Part shown: positions 53,381 to 62,885 of the stretch, one piece after another | Position numbering within the stretch: the first letter of the stretch is position 1 | Layout of the letters: the number at the start of each line of letters is the position of its first letter | Assembly (NCBI GenBank): GCA_005222975.1 | Contig: NJBI01000008.1 | Location: 23,168-87,167, forward strand | DNA length: 64,000 bases | Source of the DNA: Promethearchaeota archaeon Loki_b31 | Lineage (GTDB): Archaea > Asgardarchaeota > Lokiarchaeia > Sigyniarchaeales > SOKP01 | Reading direction: 5' to 3' | Program-made: the position numbers and the translations under genes | The notes under the pieces: generated by a model | The model's database searches: none | Seen by the model: only the letters and a program-made list of their open reading frames with translations | Told to the model about the DNA's origin: nothing

Positions 53381-54753
53381 GTAGCAATAAAATATCCAAC
53401 AAAACAAGGATTGAAATTATCGTGAGCTTTTCGGTACATCATATACTCGTCCCAGTAGCAATAAAATATCCAACAAAACAAGGATTGAAATATTTTTAGA
53501 TATGATTTTGTTTTTTTCATTTATAATGTAGCAATAAAATATCCAACAAAACAAGGATTGAAATTAGATAAAATTCATTTATATTAATATTAAACTTATT
53601 ATGTAGCAATAAAATATCCAACAAAACAAGGATTGAAATTAGCAAGCGATCTCTTTTTCTCCTGGAATAAATAAAGTAGCAATAAAATATCCAACAAAAC
53701 AAGGATTGAAATAAACGATTGATGGCACGTGTGGTTCATCGCTTTTGCGGTAGCAATAAAATATCCAACAAAACAAGGATTGAAATTTACACATATCACA
53801 TCACTCCATATATTTTTTTGTTGTAGCAATAAAATATCCAACAAAACAAGGATTGAAATTAAGTTTTTTATCGTCAGTTATGTTTAATTCTAATATAGTA
53901 GCAATAAAATATCCAACAAAACAAGGATTGAAATAATTTAAACTATTGTGAGTAGTTGTTTCATATAGTGTGTAGCAATAAAATATCCAACAAAACAAGG
54001 ATTGAAATGTTGGGTTAGATCAACAAGAAAATTACAAGGTTTAAAACGTAGCAATAAAATATCCAACAAAACAAGGATTGAAATCCTACATCGTGGTATA
54101 TACCGTCTTTAGGTCTAATCGTAGCAATAAAATATCCAACAAAACAAGGATTGAAATTCTGATCGTTCGATTTGGTTGAACAGCCTCCGCAAACGTAGCA
54201 ATAAAATATCCAACAAAACAAGGATTGAAATTGTTTAACACACTTACCGATCCACTTAATAACTTCCGGGTAGCAATAAAATATCCAACAAAACAAGGAT
54301 TGAAATAGCATAAAACCCAATTCTATCCCTATAATAAAAGTAGTAGCAATAAAATATCCAACAAAACAAGGATTGAAATTCCATGTAATGCATTATCTCC
54401 CTAACATGAGCAATACCAGTAGCAATAAAATATCCAACAAAACAAGGATTGAAATTGTTTTTGTAGGCATTGGTGAACATTTTCTCGTATCTGTAGCAAT
54501 AAAATATCCAACAAAACAAGGATTGAAATATACAGAAACCTAACAATTCCATTCTATAACCCGCAGTAGCAATAAAATATCCAACAAAACAAGGATTGAA
54601 ATCAATTTTCTGTTATTATGTGTTTTGTTAGACTTCTAAGTAGCAATAAAATATCCAACAAAACAAGGATTGAAATTTTTCATGTTCATCTATTGCCTGA
54701 TTAATAACATCTTGTAGTAGCAATAAAATATCCAACAAAACAAGGATTGTTAA
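53381..54753 (+). CRISPR. CRISPR array 2: 19 repeats (last one degenerate), 18 spacers; repeat GTAGCAATAAAATATCCAACAAAACAAGGATTGAAAT
   Basis: 37-bp repeats counted from 53381 to the last start at 54717; unique ~35-40-bp spacers. Confidence 0.97.
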
Positions 54754-54834
54754 TTGCAAATTGTAAAAGTTAAATTTTACTATTAATAATTAGTTAACAA
54801 GACAAAATTTTTCACTATACTCAAGGTCAATATT

Positions 54835-55125
54835 ATGGTAAATTTGAATGAAAATAGACTTAAGCAACTTCTCGGAAATATTAATCAAAATCCTCAGATG
54901 AAGGATCAATACGAATCCAAGTGGCATAGCGTTGTACATTTTTTGCATAACAATGTCGGATATAAAATCGCAAAAGTAGCAAAAGCAGGTTCACAAGCAA
55001 AACACACGGAAAGTCGCAATAGCGATTTAGATATAATATTCTCTACTTCCCCCAATCAAAATGTGAATAATGTTCTTAATACCATTCAAGATAAAGCAAA
55101 AAAGAATTATGGAAAAGAATTATAA
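54835..55125 (+). pseudogene. Truncated OAS/CD-NTase-like nucleotidyltransferase (N-terminal part only)
   Basis: IAKVAKAGSQAKHT..SDLDIIF Pol-beta motif; ORF ends at 96 aa before the third catalytic acidic residue. Confidence 0.7.
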
Positions 55126-55676
55126 GATTAAATAATAAACCAGAAATTGGTTCGTTCATTAGAGATTGGTTATGTTTAAGATTGCTTCAAATTCAAATTA
55201 AGAAAAAATTATCATTTTATAACACATATAATGTCGATGAACTTGATTTCTTCACATTATCTCCAAGAAATTTTGAAAGACTTCTTTTTTGGATATTTAA
55301 AAAAAAGAAGGGTTGGAAAGAGATACAATGGAGAGGTGCGGGGGGTAGTGAAAAAGGCAAAGATATACTTGCTATAAAAAAGAAAAGTGAAAGGAATTGG
55401 ATAATCCAAGCAAAACGGGAAAAAAGTTTTAGTAGGAGCAACTTTGAACAAGAATTTGAAAAAGTTTTAAGTGAACTTAAAAATTATGATTGTGAGGGAT
55501 ATCAGATTTTTTTAGCTAGAAACGCTACTGAAGATATATTTAAATGTGGAGAGGAATTAGCTAAAGAATATAAGTATCAAATTAAAGTAAAAGATAGAGA
55601 GGAAATTAATTATATTGTAAAACATGAACCTATTTTATTGAAAGAGTTTTTCAATTATCCAATAAAAACTAATTAA
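55095..55676 (+). CDS. Mrr-like PD-(D/E)xK restriction endonuclease domain, probably the tail of a truncated gene
   Basis: LSPRNFE, G..E.GKDI and WIIQAKR motifs; frame open upstream of TTG 55182 to 55095. Confidence 0.7.
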   Translation, partial: SKKELWKRIIRLNNKPEIGSFIRDWLCLRLLQIQIKKKLSFYNTYNVDELDFFTLSPRNFERLLFWIFKKKKGWKEIQWRGAGGSEKGKDILAIKKKSERNWIIQAKREKSFSRSNFEQEFEKVLSELKNYDCEGYQIFLARNATEDIFKCGEELAKEYKYQIKVKDREEINYIVKHEPILLKEFFNYPIKTN

Positions 55677-55913
55677 AAAAGCAAGGCAAATACTCAAAGA
55701 CTATGCAAAAAATAGGGCCTTATTGGAACTGAACTGATATTCTTTAAATTAACGAATAAAATTTTATTCCCCAGAAGAAAGTGAGATGGCTGAAATAATT
55801 ATCCTGCTGATCGAAATTCTAATAAAAGAAGATACCAAATAATTTATAGATATAATTCAAGAATGTTACAATACTTTTATGGTTATTATGTGGTCCTATT
55901 TAACCGAATTAAA

Positions 55914-58900
55914 TTATTTATTAACATAAAATTTCTCAAAAACTATTAATGTTTTATTTATTGATTTTATTATTTTTGAAATATTATTAAGAAAAATTGT
56001 TTTATCTAATATTCCTCCATGACTGCCAGGATTGCGTGTTAGGCGTGCTAGCGATGTAAATTCTTGAATTATTCTAAGATCATTCTCAGTAATTATACTT
56101 GGAAGAGCCTTCTTTAAGTCTAAAATAAGTGTATCTGAATTTAGATTTAATAGCTCATTAATTAAAAACGATATATGAGCCATAGACATATGATTTCCCT
56201 TCCATAGCTCTCTTAAACCTAATGGTAGTTTTTTCCGGTCCTTATATGGAATTATTGAATTAATTGGATAAATATCTGTTAATACATCTAAGAAATTCTT
56301 AGAAAATGTAGAATGATAGCAACAATCAAATCCATTTGTTAATTCTATAAAAATAATACCTGTATTTTCAGTTAATGTATCTAAATTATTTACATTTCTA
56401 ATTAGTTGCTCTGCTAATTTAAAATGGTCTAATGCGTCTTTTACATGTACTATGTTTAAATTAATAATGCCCATTATATACATGTCCGTTATTAAACTAT
56501 GTGCGTGCATTAAATCAGCAGTCTTTTTATCTATATCTTTGAAGTGTTTTTCTGCTTTAAGAAAAATTTCTTTTGCTTTTATATTATTCAATTTAAATTG
56601 GTACATTTTTGCTAAATTATTCCAAAACACTGGATCACTGGGATTAATTTCAAGAGCCAATTCAAATTTTTCTATTGCATTATCAAGTTTTATTGTATCA
56701 CTATAAACTGTTCCAATGTTATTTAATAGAGAAGCCTTAAATTCATCATTCTTAGTAATATCCGATGCCTTGTTAAAATATACAATAGCTTCATCAAAAT
56801 AGCCCAAATCTGCTAGAGATAATCCAACATCACAATAAATAATATCAAGTTTTTTTACGAAACTTTTAATATATTGAGGTTCACTAATCATTTTCAAAAT
56901 TAATTTACTGAATACATCTTTTTTAAACCAAATAATTAGATACTGAAATAATGACTTCAGATTAGTATTAACACTTATATAATTAGAATGATCCCTAATT
57001 TGATATATCTTAAATAGATTTTTACTAGCTTTCTTATAATCTCCTTGAAATAAATGTAAAATTGTTAAATATTTATTATAATAACCATCATCAGGCTTGA
57101 AGTCTAATGCTTGATTTAGATAATAAATAGCAGAATCATATTCTTTTAAATATAAAAAGGGAAAGGCAAGTGTTTCATAAATAATTTTCAATCTTTCATT
57201 CTCATATTCTTGATAGGATAATTCTTCAATATCTAATTTTAATCTTATTGCTTGTTTAAAACTTGCCATTGACTGTGCTTCAAGACACCTATTTAATAAT
57301 TTGTTTAACTCCCAGAAATTTTCATTAAATAACAAAATGTCATTTGCATTATTCTGTAAGAAAATTTTTCTATAATCAGCATAAATAAAATATATTTCAA
57401 AACTTGAAGGTATTAAAGGTTCTCTCTCTAATATTTCGACAGACTTAAAATCGTAGATAAAAGGTTTATTTTTTTCATAATGAAAGCCTTCTGAAGTTAA
57501 TAAATTAGGGGGAATTAATGAAAAAACAACTTCAAATGGATTAGTTTCTTTGTTTTTTAATAATTCCTTAAAGTTAACACTCAAGCTATTAATAATTTTT
57601 CTTTCATTATTGAAATCATTAATTAATCGATATAAGATACTACTTAAAATCTCAAATTTTATTTTATTATTGGTATTGTCCTCCCTATTCCGCATTAAAT
57701 AATAGATTTTAATTACAAATTTAACAATTGCATTCTTATTTGATTTTACTCCAATATTTGCTAATAAAAATAGAGTTTCGATCTGAACACGAGATTTTGG
57801 ATCTATTAGGTTTATTAATACTTCCTTAGAGTTCTTAAATGCTTCTTTGCAATCATTAAGAAATGGAAATTTATCGAACAATATTTGTAATGCTTTATCA
57901 TATTTCTTCTGTTCAACTAATGATTTGCAGAGATATTTAGTCAAAATAAGTAATTCATTTGTATTTCCTTTAGCTGAATTAATTGTGCCCTTTTTTTCAA
58001 ATTTCTCTAAGTTGATTTCTAGAATTGGTTGAATATCTGAGAGAAATCCAAATTTATACCAAATTGGTAAATCTCCAATAAATTGATTGTAATCGTAAAA
58101 ATCTGGATTTTTTAAAATATATTTTATAACAGAATCAATACCATAGAATTGATTTAAATAATTTAACTTAATTTCGGTTTTTAAGGAATTGAAATATAGA
58201 ATTCCTGCAATAACAAGAAATGATCTTCTTAATTTTACTTTATTTAATAAATCTGCTTCACTTTTTACAACATCTTGGAAGTGTTCAATATATTCATTAA
58301 TATCCTTTAATAATAGCTGAAAATTTAAATTGTCAATGATATCTTGCATAGATTCGCATATTAAAATGTTATTTCTTTGAGCATCTATATAATCCAAGAA
58401 GAATGGATTAATATTCTCAACAACTTCTCTTATAGCGTTTAATAAATAATGATAGGCGTTTCGGTTTTCGCCATAGGGATTTGTTGTCCAAAATAAGTAA
58501 TATCCCTGATGGTATCCAGTAATAAATTCCATAAGAATTGATTCAGCGGCATAAGCTTCTGGTTTTTTCCCTGCTTCCATACAGTCTTTCCATTTTTGAT
58601 GAAACCAACTCTTTTTAGTTTTAGTAGGTAAGAGAGCCGAGGTAAAAATTTTTAGATAATTATAGTCTCTGATGTTTTGAATTTTAAATTTCATTTCATA
58701 AATCTCTAAATCCTTATCGACTTTTTTAGATTGAGATTGGAAATTTTTAAATAAATCCGATTCTTGGACAAAATTTAAAATTTCTCTCTTTATTCTCCTT
58801 AAAACTGCCTTATTTTGATTTAATTCATCGTATATTTTTAACCGAAATCCGGGATCAAGTCTAATTTTTTTAAGAAAAAGATTTTGGAGAAGTAATTCTC

Positions 58901-59054
58901 TTCCTACTTCTTTATAATTAGTTTTAGGAATTGTTTCTATTTGGCCTATAAGTTCAACACGATGCCTGAATATAAAACGTTCTATTAGAAAAAAGGGATC
59001 GTATTTTTCTTTAAGGGTATTTATTTCTTTTTTACTGCCTTCCTTTGGTTTCAT
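55914..59054 (-). CDS. Large TPR-repeat protein with C-terminal HEPN-like motif
   Basis: TPRs (LGYFDEAIVYFNKA; NNIGTVY...AIEKFELALEINP); RNPGSH (RxxxxH) near the C-terminus. Confidence 0.75.
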   Translation of the reverse strand: MKPKEGSKKEINTLKEKYDPFFLIERFIFRHRVELIGQIETIPKTNYKEVGRELLLQNLFLKKIRLDPGFRLKIYDELNQNKAVLRRIKREILNFVQESDLFKNFQSQSKKVDKDLEIYEMKFKIQNIRDYNYLKIFTSALLPTKTKKSWFHQKWKDCMEAGKKPEAYAAESILMEFITGYHQGYYLFWTTNPYGENRNAYHYLLNAIREVVENINPFFLDYIDAQRNNILICESMQDIIDNLNFQLLLKDINEYIEHFQDVVKSEADLLNKVKLRRSFLVIAGILYFNSLKTEIKLNYLNQFYGIDSVIKYILKNPDFYDYNQFIGDLPIWYKFGFLSDIQPILEINLEKFEKKGTINSAKGNTNELLILTKYLCKSLVEQKKYDKALQILFDKFPFLNDCKEAFKNSKEVLINLIDPKSRVQIETLFLLANIGVKSNKNAIVKFVIKIYYLMRNREDNTNNKIKFEILSSILYRLINDFNNERKIINSLSVNFKELLKNKETNPFEVVFSLIPPNLLTSEGFHYEKNKPFIYDFKSVEILEREPLIPSSFEIYFIYADYRKIFLQNNANDILLFNENFWELNKLLNRCLEAQSMASFKQAIRLKLDIEELSYQEYENERLKIIYETLAFPFLYLKEYDSAIYYLNQALDFKPDDGYYNKYLTILHLFQGDYKKASKNLFKIYQIRDHSNYISVNTNLKSLFQYLIIWFKKDVFSKLILKMISEPQYIKSFVKKLDIIYCDVGLSLADLGYFDEAIVYFNKASDITKNDEFKASLLNNIGTVYSDTIKLDNAIEKFELALEINPSDPVFWNNLAKMYQFKLNNIKAKEIFLKAEKHFKDIDKKTADLMHAHSLITDMYIMGIINLNIVHVKDALDHFKLAEQLIRNVNNLDTLTENTGIIFIELTNGFDCCYHSTFSKNFLDVLTDIYPINSIIPYKDRKKLPLGLRELWKGNHMSMAHISFLINELLNLNSDTLILDLKKALPSIITENDLRIIQEFTSLARLTRNPGSHGGILDKTIFLNNISKIIKSINKTLIVFEKFYVNK

Positions 59055-59079
59055 TTTTATTCAATATTTATATTTTTGT

Positions 59080-59802
59080 TTAAATAAAGGGTTGAACCTC
59101 CCCCTCTATTCTCATTTCGCCCATCCAAAATAACTTATCTTCCTCATTTTTATCTATTCCTAAATAGACACAAGGTAAAAGATATTTATTAGCAAGCTCT
59201 AATAGTTTAAACGAAAATAATTTGCTCAATGGTGTTATGTCTATAATAATATCTGCTTCTTTCATTTCTTTACTTAAAATATCTTCAATTCGTTGAAAAA
59301 ATTCAGATTTAGTATGACGATATTCTCTATAAGGGAGAATAACGAATTCATCAATCTTCATTAAATTTTCATCAATTATATGGTCATCTCTTTTCGCTTT
59401 ACCATCGGGAGTTGTAAAGCATATTTTTCGAGTAATTGGAAATTTATATTTCCTTAAAATGTTTAATACTAAATCTGGAACGCGATATCCTGTCTTTAAA
59501 GAACCAAAACCGGTTATTAATGTGTAATTCTTTACATCTTTCCCTAAGATTTTTCTTACTTGCTGACGAGCTGCGGGATTCAAAGAAATCGAATTAATTT
59601 TTACATTTCCAACTTTATAAAGCGTTTTTTTCCTTATCATGTCTAATTCTTCTAATCGATTCAAATGATAATGTAGATTCGGTGCAGATGTACGCAATTG
59701 TTCTTGTAATTCCTTTTGTTGATACTCTTTTTCAAATAAAATATTTAAAATCTGTCTTTGTCTTTCTGAAAAATTTTCACCAGTTAATTTTAATCTCATC
59801 AA
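59080..59802 (-). CDS. wHTH-CARF transcriptional regulator (Csa3-like, reversed domain order)
   Basis: ArsR-type HTH (SAPNLHYHLNRLEE), then CARF-like LITGFGS and IIIDITPLSK...ANKYLLPCVY. Confidence 0.7.
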   Translation of the reverse strand: MMRLKLTGENFSERQRQILNILFEKEYQQKELQEQLRTSAPNLHYHLNRLEELDMIRKKTLYKVGNVKINSISLNPAARQQVRKILGKDVKNYTLITGFGSLKTGYRVPDLVLNILRKYKFPITRKICFTTPDGKAKRDDHIIDENLMKIDEFVILPYREYRHTKSEFFQRIEDILSKEMKEADIIIDITPLSKLFSFKLLELANKYLLPCVYLGIDKNEEDKLFWMGEMRIEGEVQPFI

Positions 59803-60394
59803 ATTTATTATAGTTTTTATCCTTATAATTTTATTCTTTAACGGCCATTAAATAATTTATAAAATAGCGATTAAACAATCATTTTTAAAGAAATAATTAA
59901 TCATTAACTTATGGTATTAGAAAGTGTTAATTTTCATTTCTGGCCTTATTGTAATTTTCAATGTAAATGCTGTTTTGCTCAATTAAAGGTGATTGCGTAA
60001 AATTTTCATAAATAAATTTATAATAAAGATTTTGGTATTTCCTGAAATCTTTCGATTCAAAAGATATAAAATTTTTCTCATAGATATCAGATATTAAGGA
60101 AAAGATCGTGTTTTCCCTTGTTTGTAATAAAAGCCTGTCCTACTGGAAGCTTTTTCAATCGCTCTAATTCTTCTCTATTGCTGAAATATTACTTTAAAAG
60201 TAATATTCTTAGTTATTTTAAAGATTTTCTCAGTAGGCAATTCCAAATTTTTTTTTATTAGTTTTTGTTTAACAAAGTTTAATGGTAGATAAGGCAAAAA
60301 GGAGCGGAAAAGATTCCTTTGTCTTGGCTGGCAGGGGTTTTTGAGAATTACCTTATTTTTCCATCTTTTTAGTTATAGCTATAATTTTGGAAAT

Positions 60395-61177
60395 TCAACC
60401 ATTCGATTTAATATTTAATTTAAGGCGAGATTTTTCAATTTTCTCTTTAATGCATGTTTCAATAAATTTTAACATATCTTTTTCCAATTTCTCATATCCC
60501 TCTGGAGTATCTTTGTAGATAATTGTCCTAATATGTCCTAAATCGAATGGAATTTTATCTTTTTCTTGACAAATATGAATCACACATTTATCTTTTTTTT
60601 CGTGAGCTCTTCCTAATTCATAAAATACATTAGGATTTTTATCAGTTAAATCACCAATGATAATGTCTGCTTTAATAATTGATTCTAAAATGTCATCCAT
60701 AATCGGGATAGATTTAAAAAAATCATCTGCTCTTTTTACAATAAATTCTTTTTCTTCTAAAGGTTTTTTAATATATCTTTCATAAATCTGGGTGAGTTTT
60801 TCATCAAACGGCATAAGCATGAAAATAAATAAATTTTTATTCCCTTCGTTTGCTAAAATTTCTAAGAGTCTTTTTTTTGCCTTTTTTAATAATAGAATTG
60901 CTTTTTTCTTTCCCTTTTCAAATGCATTTTGTTGAGGATCTTTATGTACAGATAAACCAGAACCTGTATATTCAAATTTTATATTACTAAATCTAATTAA
61001 CCAATGAATAGAATCTTCTGGAAAATTTGTAAAAAATATTTCAACTATATCTTTCCAATTATTAAATTTTTCTTCGTCCCAATAATTAATTTCCTTTATG
61101 TCCTCAATCAATTGATTTATACTTTCTATCATAGATATATTATATTTATTATTTATACTTTGTATATTTTCTGTCAA
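60395..61177 (-). CDS. Nucleoside 2-deoxyribosyltransferase/TIR-like domain protein
   Basis: FMLMPF..RADD..I..ADIIIGDLT.KNPNVFYELG.AH...PFDL..IRTI.Y; helical N-terminal domain. Confidence 0.8.
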   Translation of the reverse strand: MTENIQSINNKYNISMIESINQLIEDIKEINYWDEEKFNNWKDIVEIFFTNFPEDSIHWLIRFSNIKFEYTGSGLSVHKDPQQNAFEKGKKKAILLLKKAKKRLLEILANEGNKNLFIFMLMPFDEKLTQIYERYIKKPLEEKEFIVKRADDFFKSIPIMDDILESIIKADIIIGDLTDKNPNVFYELGRAHEKKDKCVIHICQEKDKIPFDLGHIRTIIYKDTPEGYEKLEKDMLKFIETCIKEKIEKSRLKLNIKSNG

Positions 61178-61441
61178 TTTTTGAATAGGAGCTAAAATTA
61201 ATAATATTTACCTTTTTTTGCTCCTTCTCTTAAACGCCTTCCTCTTTCCTTTATAAGAAATTTGGTGTATTGATTAATTCCGCGATTTTAGATAAGTTAA
61301 GTAACCCCTTGTCTTATTGAATTTCTAAACATTTTTAAAACCATAGACCTTTTTAATGCGTTGCTTCTTTATTTTTTAGAATTCTAATATCTTTATTATA
61401 ACTATATAGATTAAGATATAAAGATTTGAGGGTAATTCAAT

Positions 61442-62518
61442 TTAATACTTATTTTCTATATTTATCCATTTAAATAAGATTCTCTTAGTATTTTTGTCCA
61501 AATCTACCGATTCACATTTTTCATATCTAGAGATTTTCCAGATTAATTTTTTAAAATATTGCTCTGTGTTTTTTACCATCTTTAAAACATTTATTAAAAA
61601 CTTCCAATATTGACCAATATGGTCTTGTCGATATCCATCTCCAGAATATTCATCATATAAATATTCGGCGAGTCCCCCATCATAATCGCTATGTCCCACT
61701 CTTTCATATATATCATCAATATTTTCCAGAAAATTCCAGCTTTTCGAAGCTCTAATTGTAGATTCATTCAGATCAGCAAACAAGGCGTTTTTAAAGGGAT
61801 CTCCAGACCGAGAAGTCAAATCATAAACATTTTCCCTACGATCTTCTCTCATTAAAAGACCTTCTTTTTGAATCCATTTATCTTCCTTTAATCTTTTAAA
61901 ATACTCGCAATCAGTAACGTCAATCCTTTCCATTTGTTCAAAAAACAAATTACTATACCCTCTATGTCGCCCTCTACCAAGATTCGGCGGATGATGGATA
62001 GATATGAGTTCTTTATCCCAAATCAAATTAACTTTGAACATCCCCAGTGGTGTGTGGTTTATAGACCCCCCTAAAAACCTAGAAATGGCGACGATTGAAA
62101 AGAACTCTGAGTAATATAACGCTTGTTTGGAAGCTACTTGGTTAAACGGGTCGAGGTTATGCTTGTAATTAAAGAACCAAAAAATGGACCTTTCAAAAGC
62201 GCATAACGATTCGATGAAAAATCCCACAATAAACTCAGGGTGATCTTCAAATCGTATTTTTACCACTTTATTATTGTCTTTAAAATACTTGGTAATGGCT
62301 TGATGCACGGTATTCCACCCTTTTCTCTTGGACAAGGAACTAAGATGATTATAAAGCCAATGACTTTCAAAAGTTCCTGCTAATTTTTGTGAAATGTGTA
62401 AGTCTCTACAAAATTCCAAGATCAAGTCTTTTAGGAAATAGCTCTCTAGCTTGTTGCCATATCCGTCAAAATAATCAAAATTTTGATAGTAGTTGATGAT
62501 ATCTTTCGTTTGAACCAT
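61442..62518 (-). CDS. Hypothetical protein with a divergent HEPN-like segment
   Basis: ALYYSEFFSIVAISRFLG, GRH and RRENVYD resemble HEPN motifs. Confidence 0.55.
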   Translation of the reverse strand: MVQTKDIINYYQNFDYFDGYGNKLESYFLKDLILEFCRDLHISQKLAGTFESHWLYNHLSSLSKRKGWNTVHQAITKYFKDNNKVVKIRFEDHPEFIVGFFIESLCAFERSIFWFFNYKHNLDPFNQVASKQALYYSEFFSIVAISRFLGGSINHTPLGMFKVNLIWDKELISIHHPPNLGRGRHRGYSNLFFEQMERIDVTDCEYFKRLKEDKWIQKEGLLMREDRRENVYDLTSRSGDPFKNALFADLNESTIRASKSWNFLENIDDIYERVGHSDYDGGLAEYLYDEYSGDGYRQDHIGQYWKFLINVLKMVKNTEQYFKKLIWKISRYEKCESVDLDKNTKRILFKWINIENKY

Positions 62519-62885
62519 AAAACATCCTCTAATCTTATTTTCTTGCTAACAACCTTAGGATTTTTAAAAATTTAATTTTTAGGGTTGAAGTGTTAGCTAA
62601 ATGCATAATTGAAAAGTATACTCTTATTAAGATATCATCTGGCAATTTCGAATCATATGCATCATCGATAATAGAGTCAAACATATTAAAAGCGTCCTTT
62701 ATTTTGGGTATTAGTATCTTCTTCATTGTAACACTTCCTCATTTTTATTAAATTCAATTATTTGTTTTCAAAATAGGATTAATTCCTATACTTTGTGTAT
62801 GGATGGGCAAAAAAAAAAGTTTTCGTTTAATGGTATCACGTAGATATTATAGCTTATTATAACAATATTTGGCACTTTTAAATTC

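Noticed and set aside
53081-54552. ORF-track peptides in leader 2 and array 2
   Set aside because: Leader and repeat translations with no protein motifs
40927-54753. Self-targeting spacers within the window
   Set aside because: No match noticed by eye; not excluded without an alignment
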